Source: the human T2T-CHM13v2.0 reference genome, Homo sapiens | Length of the DNA: 64,000 bases | Direction: 5' to 3' (one strand) | Assembly: GCF_009914755.1 (NCBI RefSeq) | Contig: NC_060930.1 | Shown: in pieces, positions 1-11,700 of the stretch | Layout of the letters: every line of letters starts with the position of its first letter | How positions within the stretch are numbered: position 1 is the first letter of the stretch | Translations under genes and position numbers: made by a program | Notes under the pieces: generated by a model | The model's input: only the letters and a program-made list of their open reading frames with translations | Told to the model about the DNA's origin: nothing | Database searches by the model: none

Positions 1-961
1 CAGTAGTTTGGAAACACTATTTTTATCCTTTTGGTTAATGGACATTTTGGAGTTCATTGAGGGCAATGGAGGAAATGTAAATATCCCAGGATAAAAACTA
101 GAAGGAAGATAACTGAGAAACTGCTTTTTGATGTGTGCATTCATCTCACAGACTTAAACCTTTGTTTTCATTCAGCTACTCGGAGTCACTGTTTTTGTAG
201 GATCTGCAATGGGATACTTGGGAGTTCATGGAGGCCTATGTTAAAAAAAGAAAATATCTTCATATAAAAAGTAGAAAGAAGCCCTCTGAGAAACTGCATT
301 GTGATGTGTGCATTCATGTCTCACTGTTAAATCTTTCTTTTGATTCAGCAGTTTGGAAACACTGTTTTTGTCCTTTCTGTGGATGGTCATTTGGAAGCTC
401 ATTGAGGCCAGTGGCAAAAAAGTGATTATCTTAAGATAAAAACTAGAAGAAGGATATCTTAGAAAATGCTGTGTGATGTGTGCATTCATCTCACATGGTT
501 GAACCTTTCTTTTCACTAAGCAGGTTGGAACACTTTTTTTGTAGAATCTGCAAACGGACATTTGAAAGCGCATTGAGTCCTATGGGGAAAAAGGAAATAT
601 CTTCAGATAAAAACTAGAAAGAAGCTTTCCGAGAAACTGCTTTGTTCTGTTTGCTTTCATCTCCCAAAATTAAACCTTTGTTTTGGTTCAGCAGTTTGGA
701 AACACTGTTTTTGTCTATTCTGTGAATGGACATTTTGGAGCTAATTGAGAGCTAAGGTGAAAAAGCAAATATCCCAGGATAAAAACTAGAAGGAAGCTCT
801 CTGAGAAATGGCTACGTGATGTGCTCACCCATCTCACAGAGTTAAAACTTTCTTTTCATTCAGTAGTTTGGAAACACTGTTTTTGTAGAATCTGTGAAAG
901 GATATTTTGGAGCACATTGAGGCCCATGCTGAAAAAGAAAATATCTTGAGATGAAAACCAG
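1..961 (+). repeat. Diverged dimeric alpha satellite (ancient layer), + orientation
   Basis: Tandem ~171-bp units with GTGTGCATTCATCTCACAGAGTTAAACCTTTCTTTT..CAGCAGTTTGGAAACACTGTTTTTG. The ..TGTCCATTCTG..GGCCAATGG..ATCCCAGG type alternates with the ..TGTAGAATCTG..GGCCTATGG..ATCTTCAG type. Confidence 0.97.
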
Positions 962-1828
962 AAGAAAAAAACAAACAATCCCATCAAAAAGTGGGCGAAG
1001 AATATGAACAGACACTTCTCAAAAGAAGACATTTATGCAGCCAAAAAACACATGAAAAATGCTCATCATCACTGGCCATCAGAGAAATGCAAATCAAAAC
1101 CACAATGAGATATCATCTCACACCAGTTAGAATGGTGATCATTAAAAAGTCAGGAAACAACCAGTGCTGGAGAGGATGTGGAGAAATAGGAACACTTTTA
1201 CACTGTTGGTGGGACTGTAAACTAGTTCAACCATTGTGGAAGTCAGTGTGGTGATTCCTCAGGGATCTAGAACTAGAAATACCATTTGACCCAGCCATCC
1301 CATTACTGGGTATATACCCAAAGGATTATAAATCATGTTGCTATAAAGACACATACACACGTATGCTTATAGTGGCACTATTCACAATAGCAAGGACCTG
1401 GAACCGACCTAAATATCCAACAATGAGAGACTGGATTAAGAAAATGTGACACATATACACCATGGAATACTATGCAGCCATAAAAAATGATGAGTTCATG
1501 TCCTTTGTAGAGACATGGATGAATCTGGAAACCATAATTCTCAGCAAACTATCACAGGGACAAAAAACCAAACACCACATGTTCTCACTCATAGGTGAGA
1601 ACTGAACAATGAGAACACATGGACACAGAAAGGGGAACATCACACACTGGGGACTGTTGTGGGGTTGGGGGAGGGGGAGGGATAGCATTAGGAGATATAC
1701 CTAATGCTAAATGATGACTTAATGGGTGCAGCACACCAACATGGCACATGTATACATATGTAACAAAACTGCACGTTGTGCACATGTACCCTAAAACTTA
1801 AAGTATAATAATAATAAAATTAAAAAAA
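962..1828 (+). mobile_element. 5'-truncated LINE-1 (L1PA3-like): end of ORF2, 3'UTR and A-rich tail
   Basis: ORF 991-1254 contains the ORF2p C-terminal motif [29 protein letters not shown]. The 3'UTR has the G-rich tract and ends CCTAAAACTTAAAGTATAATAATAATAAAA. The subfamily call is from recalled diagnostic bases. Confidence 0.95.
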
Positions 1829-3833
1829 GAACCTTTCTGAGAAACTGCTTTGTGATGTGCACATTTATCTCCAGAGTTAAACTTTTCTTTTGATTCACGG
1901 GTAAGGAAACACTGTTTTTGTAGAATCTGCTAAGGGATATTTGGAAGCCCATTGAGGCATATGGTGAAGAAGTAAATATCTTCATAGAAAAACTAGAAAG
2001 AAGCTTTCTGAGAAGCTGCTTTGTGATGTGTGCATTCATCTGAAAGAGTTAAACCTTTCTTGTATTTCAACAGTTTTGAAACACAATGTTTGTCCATTCT
2101 GTGAAGGGATATTTGGCAGCTCTTTGAGGCCAATGGTGAAAAAGGGAATATCCCAGGATAAATACTATAAGGAAGCTATATGAGAAACAGCTTTGTGATG
2201 TTTGCATTCACCTCACATAGTTAAACCTTTCTTTTGATTCAGCAGTTTGCAAGCACTCTTTTTGTCCATTCTGTGAATGGACATTTAGGAGCTCATTGAG
2301 GCCAAAGGTGAAAAAGCGAATATCCCAATATAAAATCTAGAAGGAGGATATCTGAGACTGCTTTGTGATGTGTGCATTCATCTTGCACCATTAAAACTTT
2401 CTATTCATGCAGCAGTTTGAAACCACTGTTTTTGAAGAACCTGTTATTGACATTTTTAAGCACATTTAGGCCTATGGTAAAAGAGAAAATACATTCAGAT
2501 AAAGACTAGAAAGAAGCTTTCCAAGAGACTGCTTTGTGATGTGTGCATTAATCTCAAAGAGTTAAACCTTTATTTTGTTTCTGCAGTTTGGAAACACTGT
2601 TTTTGTCCATTCTGCAAAAGGACGTGTTGGAGCTTATTGAGTACAAGGGTGAAAATGCAAATATCCCAAGATAAAAACTAGAAGGATGCTATCTGAGAAA
2701 TGGCTTTGTGATGTGTGCTTTCATCTAGCAGAGTTCAAACTTTCTTTTCATTCAGCAGTTTGGAAACACTGTTTTTGTAGTATCTGTGAAGGTATAGTGG
2801 GAGTGCATTGAGTCCTACGGTGAAAAAGAAAATATCTTCAGATGAAAACCAGAAAGAAGCTTTCTGAGAAAGTGCTTTGTGATGTGTGGATTTATAGAGT
2901 TAAACCTTTGTTTTGATTCAGCAGTTTGGAAATACTGTTTTTGTCCATTCTACAAATGGACATCTGGGAGCTCATTGAGGCCTATGGTGAATACGGGAAT
3001 ACCCCAGGATAAAAACGAGAAGGAAGCTATCTGAGAAACGGCTTTGTGAGGTGCTCATTGATCTTGCAGAGTTAAACTTTCCTTTTCATTCAATAGCTTG
3101 GAAACACTGTTTGTGTAGAATCTGCTATGGGATATTTGGGAGTGCATTGAGGCCTATGGTGAAAAGGAAAATATCTTCAGATAAAAACTAGAATCTTCCT
3201 GAGAAACTGCTTCTTGATGTGTGCATTGATCTCACAGATCTTAACATTTCTTTTGATTCAGTAGTTTGGAAATCTGTTATTGTCCATTCTGCAAATAAAC
3301 ATTTGGGAGCTCATTGAGGCCAATGGTGAAAAAGTGAATAACCCAGGATGAAAACTAGAAGGAATCTATCTGAGAAACTGCTTTGTGTTGTGTGCATTCA
3401 TCTCACTGAGTTAAACCTTTCTTTTCATTCAGCAGTTGGAAACACTGTTTTTGTCCATTCTGTGAATGGACACTTGGGAGCTCATTGAGGCCAGTGGTGA
3501 AAAAGCAAATATCCCAGGAAGAAAACAAGAAGGAATCTATCTGAGAAACAGCTTTGTGATGTGTATATTCATCTCACAGAGTTAAACCTTTCTTTTCATT
3601 CAGCAGTTTGGTAACACTGTTTTTGTAGAGTCTGCGAAGTTGGGAGTGCATTGAGGCCTATGGTGAAAAAGAAAATATTTTCAGATAAAAAATTGAAAGA
3701 AGCTTTCTGAGAAACTGGTTTCTGAAGTGGGGATTCATCTCACAGAGTTAAAACTTTCTTTTGATTCAGCCCTTTGGAAACACTGTTTTTGTCCTTTATG
3801 GAAATGGACATTTGGGAGCTTATTGAGGCCAAT
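1829..3833 (+). repeat. Diverged dimeric alpha satellite, + orientation
   Basis: Same monomer types; resumes in register after the L1 tail (GAACCTTTCTGAGAAA). Confidence 0.97.
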
Positions 3834-4828
3834 TGTGGGCCACAAGGCACCCAGGTGCCGAGGCAAGAGACCAAGGGCATGGGCTGTTCCAGTATAATTA
3901 AATATATAAAATAAAAATAGTTATACTAGATATAGATCATAGATGCAATTATATATGAATATCATTAATCATTAGTTTGTAGCAATTACTCTTTATTCCA
4001 ATATTATAATAATCCTCACTCTACAATCATAACTTAAGTAAAACCAGACCATACAGAGATAGGAGCTGAAGGGACACAGGGAGAGGTGACCAGAACACAA
4101 GAGTGTGAGCCTTCTGATATTCCCGGACAGGGCCAGCAGAGGGATCCTTCATCTAGCACTAACGCCAGCATCTGGGAAGACGCCTGTTGCCAAGCAGACC
4201 ATGGTCTAGTGGTAGAGTCAGTGCCAAGTAAAAGTACCCACTACTTAGCAGACTGGAAAAGGGAGTCTGCCTTTCCCTGGGGTAGTTTAGAGAAGACTCT
4301 ACATCCCCAAGTTTTGTGGAGGGCCTGACATCAGTCAGGCATGCCTGCAGCTATCCAGAGGCCTAACAGTCTCCCTGTGATGTTATGCTTCAGTGGTCAT
4401 GCTCCTAGTCTGCTTTCATGTTCCATCCTGTACACCTGCCTCTGCCTTTTAGATAGCAGTAGAAAAATTAGTGAAAACACTAAAAGTCTCTGATATGAAG
4501 AAATAATGTTGTCAGCTATCTCCTCTCTCTCCACCTCGGCTGGCTGCCAAAAAGGGAAGGGCCCCCTCTCCAGTGGACAAGTGACCCACCTGACCTTACC
4601 TATCATTGGAGATGGCTCACACTGCTTAGCCTGCCCTTTTGTTTTGTATCCAATAAATATCAGCACAGCCTGGCATTTGGGGCCACTACTGGTCTCTGTC
4701 TCTTGGTGTTAGTGGTCCCCCAGGCCAGGCAGTCTTTTTTTTATCTCTTTGTCTTGTGTCTTTATTTCTACAATTTCTCATCTCCACACAGAGGGAGACA
4801 CACCGACCCTGTGGGCCTGGACCCTAGA
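3834..4828 (+). mobile_element. Solo LTR, LTR13 family (ERVK), with 6-bp TSD GCCAAT
   Basis: Starts TGTGGGC..CCGAGGCAAGAGACC..GCTGTTCCAGTATAAT and ends CTGGACCCTAGA (consensus ..CTACA). Length 995 bp, with AATAAA near 4652. GCCAAT lies at 3828-3833 and 4829-4834. Confidence 0.9.
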
Positions 4829-5520
4829 GCCAATGGTGAAAAAGCCAATATCCCAGGATAAAAACTAGAAGGAAAGTATCTGAGAAACTGCTTTGTGATG
4901 TGTGCATTCATGTCTCAGAGTTAAACCTTTCTATTCATTCAGCAGTTTGCAAACACTGTTTTTGTGGAATCTGCGAAGGGATATTTGGGATCGCATTGAG
5001 GCCTATGGTGCAAAAGAAAATATCTTCACATAAAAACTAGAAAGAAGCTTTCTGAGAAACTGCTTTGTGATGTGTGCATTCATCTTACAGAGTTAAACCT
5101 TTCTTTAGATCTAGCAGTTTGGAAACACTGTTTTTGTATGTTCTGCAAATGGATATTTGGGAGCTCATTGAGGCCAATGGCAAAAAAGTGAATATCCCAC
5201 GATAAAAACCAGAAAGGAGCTATATGAGAAACCGCTTTGTGATATGTGCATTCACCTCACAGAGTTAAGCCATTCTTTTCATTCAGAAGTTTGGAAACAC
5301 TGTTTTTGTAGAATCTGCTAAGGGATATTTGGGATTGCATTGAGGCCTATGGTGAAAATGAAAATATCTTCAGATAAAAAATCAAAAGAAGCTTTCTGAG
5401 AAACTGCTTTTTGATGTGTGGATTCATCTCACAGTTAAACCTTTCTGCTGATTCAGCACTTTGGAAACACTGTTTTTGTCCTTTATGTGAATAGAAATTT
5501 GGGAGCTCATTGAGGCCAAT
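4829..5520 (+). repeat. Four alpha satellite monomers (two dimers), + orientation
   Basis: Alpha consensus motifs between the two LTR13 copies. Confidence 0.97.
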
Positions 5521-5789
5521 TGTGGGCAGCAAGGCAGCCAAGTCCGAGGCAAGAGACCAAGGGCACGAGCTGTTCCAGTATAATTAAATATATAAAATAA
5601 GAACAGTTATAGTAGATATAGATCATACATATGATTATATGTGAATATCATTAATCATTACTTTTTAGCAATTACTCTATATTCCAATATTATAATAATC
5701 ATCACTCTACAATCATAACCTAAGAAAGAACAGGCCATACAAAGATAGAAGCTGAAGGGACATAGTGAGAGGTGAGAGGTGACTAGAAC
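5521..5789 (+). mobile_element. LTR13 5' fragment (~270 bp), truncated at an inversion junction
   Basis: Aligns to the first ~270 bp of the LTR at 3834. It is preceded by GCCAAT (5515-5520) and ends GACTAGAAC, where reverse-oriented satellite begins. Confidence 0.9.
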
Positions 5790-8700
5790 TACTGAATCAA
5801 AAGGAAGGTTTAAGTCTGTGAGATGAATGCATGCAACACAAACCACCTTCTCAGAAATCTTCTTTCTACTTCTTATCTGAAGATATTTTCTTTTTCACCA
5901 TAGGCCTCAATGTGCTCCCAAATAGCCCTTTGCAGGTTGTACAAACACAGTGTTTTCAAACTGCGGAATGAAAAGAAGGGTATAACTCTGCGAGATGAAT
6001 GCACACATCACAAAGTGGTTTCTCATATAGCTTCCTTCCAGTTTTTATCCTGGGATATTCACTTTTTTGCCATTGGCCTCAATGAGCTCCCAAATGTCCA
6101 TTAGCAGAATGGACAAAAACAATGTTTCCCAACTGCTGAATGAAAAGAAAAGTTTAACTCTTTGAGATTAATGCACACAACACAAATCAATTTCTCAGAA
6201 AGCTTCTTTCTAGTTTTTATCTGAAAGTATTTTCTTTTTCATCTTCATCCTCAAAGCACTCCCAAATATCCCTTCGCATATTCCATGAAAACAGTGTTTC
6301 CAAACTGCTGAATTAAAACAAAAGTTTAAATCTGCGAGATGAATGCACTCATCACAAAGCAGTTTCTCAGGTAGCATTCTTCTAGTTTTAATCCTGGGAT
6401 AGTCACTTTTTCACCATTGGTCTCAATGATATCTCAAATGTCCATTCACAGAGTGGACAAAAAGAGTGTTTCCAAATTGCTAAATCAAAAGAAAGTTTTT
6501 AATCTGTGAGATGAATGCACACATTACAAGGCAGTTTCTCAGAAAGACTTCACTTTTTCTCTGAAGATGTTTTCTTATTCGCCATAGGCCTCAAAGTGCT
6601 CCCAAGTATCCCTTCACAGATCCTACAAAAAGACTTTATCTAAACTGCTGAATGAAAAGAATGGTTTAACTCTGTGAGATGAATGCATACATCACAAAGC
6701 AGTTTCTCAGATAGCTTCCTTCTAGTTTTTATTCTGGAATATTCACTTTTTCGCCATTGGCTTCAGTGAGCTCTGAAATATCCATTCACAGAATGGGCAA
6801 AAAGAGTGTTTCCAAACTGCTGAATCAAAAGAAAGGTTTAACTGTATGAGATGAATGGGCACATCAAAAAGTAGAATATCAGAATGTTCTTTCTAGTTTT
6901 TATCGGAAATATTTTATTTTTCACCATAGGCCTCGATACACTCCCAAATATCTCTTTGAGGATTCTGCAAAAACAGTGTTTACAAACTGCTTAATGAAAA
7001 AGAAAGGTTTAACTCTGCGAATTGAATGCACACATCGGAAAGTGGTTACTCAGAGAGCTTCCTTCTAGTTTTTATCCTGTGGTATTCACTTTTTCACTAT
7101 TGACCTCAATGACCTCCCAATGTCCATTTGCAGAATGGACAAAAAGTGTTTTGAAACAGCTGAATCAAATGAAAGGTTAAACTCTTTGAGATGAATGCAC
7201 ACATAACAAAGCAGTTTCACAGAAGCTTCTTTCTACTTTTTATATGAAGATATTTTATTTTACACCTTAGGCCTTAATGTGCTCCCAAATTTCCCTTTAC
7301 AGATTCTGCAAGAAAAGTGTTTCCAAACTGCTGAATGAAAAGAAAGGTTTAAATATGCAAGATGAATGCACACATCACAAAGGGGTTTCTCAGATAGCTT
7401 CCTTCTAGTTTTATCCTGGGATATTCACTTTTTTGCCATTGGCCTCAATGACCTTCCAAATGTCCATTTGCAGAATTCACAAAAACAGTGTTTCCCAACT
7501 TCTGAATCAAAAGAAAATTTTAACCCTGGGAGATGAATGCACACATCAAAAGCTGTTCTTCAGAAAGCTTCTTTCTACTGTTTATCTGCAGATATTTTCT
7601 TTTGCACCATAGAACTCAATGACCTCCAAAATATGCCTTCACAGGTTCTACAAAAACAGTATTTCCAACCTACTGAGTGAGAAAAAAGGTTTAACTCTGT
7701 GAGATGAATGCACACATCAGAAAGCTTTTTGTCAGATAGATTCCTTCTAGTTTTTATCCTGGGATATTCACTTTTTTGCCATTGGCATTAGTGACCTCCG
7801 AAATGTCCACTCTCAGAAAGGACAAAAACACTGTTTCCAAGCTGCTGAGTCTAAAGAAAAGTGTAACTGTTTTAGATGAATGCACACATCACAAAGCAGT
7901 CTCACAGATAGTTCCTTTCTACTTTTTATCTGATGATATTTACTTTTCACCATCGACCTCAATGCACTCCAATATATCCCTTTGCAGATTCTACAAAACA
8001 GTGTTTCCAAACTGCTGAATGAAAAAAATGGTTCAACACTGTGAGTTAAATACAGACATCACAAAGCAGTTTCTCAGATAGCTTCCTTCAAGTTTTTATC
8101 CTGGGATATTCACTTTTTCCCCTTTGGCCTCAACTAGCTCCTAAATGTCCAGTCACAGAATGGACAAAAACAGAGTTTCCAAACTGCTGAATCAGAAGAA
8201 TGGCTTAACTCTGTGAGATGAATGCACACATCACAAAGCAGTTCCCCAGGAAGATTCTTTCTAGTTTTTATCTGAAGATATTTTCTTTTTCACCATAGGC
8301 CTCAATGCACTCTCAAATATCCCTTCACAGATTGTACAAAAATAGTGTTTCCAAAGTGTTGCATGAACACAAACATTTATCCCTGTGGGATGAAAGCACA
8401 CATCACCAAGCAGTTCTTCAGGTGCCTTAATTCTAGTTTTTGTCCTGGGATATTCCCTTCTTCACCATTGGCCTCAATGGGCTCCAAAATGTCCATTCAC
8501 AGAATGGACAAAAACAGTTTTTCCAAACTGCTGAATCAAAAGAAAGTTTTAACTCTGTTTGATGAATGCACACATCACAAAGCAGATCCTCAGAAAGCTT
8601 CTTTCTACATTTTATCTGAAGATATTTTCTTTTTCACCATAAGATACAATGCGCTCTCAAATACCTCTTTGCAGATTCTACAAAAACAGTGTTTACAAAC

Positions 8701-11700
8701 TGCTTAGTGAAAAAAAACGTTGAACTTTGTGAGTTGAATGCACACATCAAAAAGCAGTTTCTCAGATAGCTTCCTTCTAGTTTTTATCCTGGGATATTCA
8801 CTTTTTTGTCATTGTACTCAATGTGCTCCCCAAAGCCCATTCACAGAATGGACAAATAAGTGTTTCCCAACTAAGGAATCATAAAAAACGGTTTAACTCT
8901 GTAAGATGAATGCACACATCACAAAGCAGTTTCTCAGAAAGCTTCCTTCTAGTTTTTATCATGGGATATTCACTTTTTCGCCATTGACCTCAATAAGCTG
9001 ACAAACATCCATTCACAAAATGGACAAAAACCATGTTTCCAAGCTGCTGAATCAAAAGAAAGGTATAACTCTGTGAGATGAATGCATACTTCAAAAGGCA
9101 GTTTCTCAGAAAGCTTCTTTCTACTTTTTATCTCAAGACATTTTCTTTTTCACCATAGGCCTCAATGTGCTTCCAATTATCTCTTTACAGATTCTACAAA
9201 AACAGTGTTTTCAAACTGCTGATTGAAAAAAAGGTTTCACACTGTGAGAAGAATACACACATCAGAAAGCCTTTTCTCAGATAGCTTCCTTCTAGGTTTT
9301 TTCCTGTGATATTCACTTTTTCTCCATTGGTCTCAATGAGCTCCCATATGTCCATTCACAGAATGGACAAAAAAAGTGTTTCCAAACTGCTGAGTCTAAA
9401 GAAATGTTTACCTCTGTGTGATGAATGCACACATCGCAAAGCAGTTTTTCAGAAAGCTTCTTTCTACTTTTTATCTGAAGGTATTTTCTTTTTCACCTTA
9501 GACCTCAATGCACTCCCAAATATCCCTTCACAGATTCTACCTCAAATAGCTTCCCTCTAGTTTTTATCCTGGGTTATTCACTTTTTCATCATTGCCTCCA
9601 GGTGCTCCCTATTGTCCATTCACCTGACTGACAAAAGAGTGTTTCCAAACTGCTGAAACAAAAGAAAGGTTTAGCTCTGTGACATGAATGCGTACATCAC
9701 AAGACATTCTTTTGTTGAATCAAAAGAATGGTTGAATTCTGAGGTAAAGGCAGACATCACAAAGAATGTTCTCAGAAAGCTTCTTTCTAGTTTTTATCTG
9801 AAGATATGTTCTTTTTCACCATAGGCTCAATGTGCTCCCAAATATCCATTAGCAGATTCTACAAAAACAGTGTTTCCAAACTGCTGAATGAAACCAAAGT
9901 TTTAACTTGCAAAATGAATGCACACATCACAAAGCAGTTTCTCAGCTAACTTCCTTCTAGTTTTTATCCTGTGATATTCTCCTTTTTGCCTTTGTCCTCA
10001 ATCAACTCCCAGATGTTTATTTGCACAAATCACAAATCAGTGTTTCCAGACTGCTGAATCAAAAGAAAAGTTTAACACTGTGAGATGAATGCACACAGCA
10101 CAAAGTGATTTCTCAGATAGCTTCCTTCAATTTTTTATCCTGGGATATTTGCTTTATCTCCATTGACCTCAATGAGCTCCCAAATGTCCATTCACAGAAT
10201 GGACAAAAGCAGTGTTTCCAAACTGCGGAATCACAGGAAATGTTTAACTCTGTAAGATGAATGCATACACCCAAAGCAGTTTCTCAGAAAGCTTCTTTCT
10301 GGTTTTTATATGAAGATATTTACTTTTTCACCTTAGGCCTCAATGTGCTCCCAAATATCCCTTTGCAGATTCTACAAAGACAGTGTTTCCAAACTGCTGA
10401 TTGAAAAGAAATGTTTAACTCTGTGACATGAATGCAAACATCACAAAGCGGTTTCTCAATACCTTCCTTCTATTTTTTATCCTGGGATATTCCCTTTTTT
10501 GACATTGGCCTCAAAGACCTCAAAAATATCCATTATCAGTATGGAGAAAAACAGAATATTTGAAACTGCTTAATCAAAGGAAAGGTTTAACTCTGTGAGA
10601 TGAATGCATACATCACAAAGCAGTTTCTCAGAAAGCTTCTTTTAGTTTTTATGTGAAGATATTTACTCTTTCACCATAGGCCTCAATGGGCTCCCAAATA
10701 TCCCTTTGCAATTCTACAAAAACAGTGATTCCAAACTGCTGAATGAAAACAAAGGTTTAACTCTGTGAGCTGAATGAACCTATCACACTATCACAAAACG
10801 GTTTCTCAGCTAGCTTCCTTCTAGTTTATATCCTAGGATATTCCCTTTTTTGACATTAGTCTCAAAGAGCTCAAAAATATCCATTTGCAGAATGGAGAAA
10901 AACAGTGTATACAAACTGCATAATCAAAAGAAAGTTACAACTCTGTCAGATGAATGCACACATACAAAGCAGTTCCTCAGAAAGCTTCTTTCTACTTTTT
11001 GTCTGAAGATATTTTCTTTTACACCAGAGGCCTCAATGTGCTCCCAAATATCCCTTCTCACATTCTACAAAAACAGTATTTCCAAACTTCTGAATTAAAG
11101 GAAAGGTTTAACTCTGTGAGATGAATGCAAACATCACAAAGAGGTTTTTCAGAGAGTTTCCATGCAGTTTTTATCTTGGGATATTCTCTTTTTCTCCATT
11201 AGCCTCAATGATCTTCCAAATGTCTGTTTGCAGAATGCACAGAAACAGTGTTTCCAGACAGTTGAATCAAAAGAAAGTTTTAATTCTGTGAGATGAATGC
11301 TTACATCACAAAGCAGTTTGTCAGAAATCTTCTCTCTAGTTTTTATATGAAGATATTTTCTTTTTCACCATAATCCTCAATGCTCTCCCAAATATCCCTT
11401 TGCAGATTCTACAAAAACAGTGTTTCCAATCTGCATTATGAAAATAAAATTTTAACTCTGCAAGATGAATGCACACAACTGAAAGCAGTTTCTCAGATAT
11501 CTTCCTTCTAATTTTTTCCTGGGATATTCTCTTTTTCTCCACTGGCCTCAATGAGCTCTTAAATGTCCATTTGCAGAATGGACAAAAACAGTGTTTCAAA
11601 TTGTTGAATCAAAAGGAAGTTTTAACTCAGTGATATGAATGTCCACATCATAAACCAATTTGTCAGAGGGCTTCTTTCTAGATTTTATCTTAAGGTATTT

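Noticed and set aside
3834-5789. Two LTR13 copies as the 5' and 3' LTRs of one provirus that captured satellite
   Set aside because: The first LTR has its own complete TSD. The intervening DNA is in-register satellite with no PBS or PPT, and the second LTR repeats the same upstream flank.
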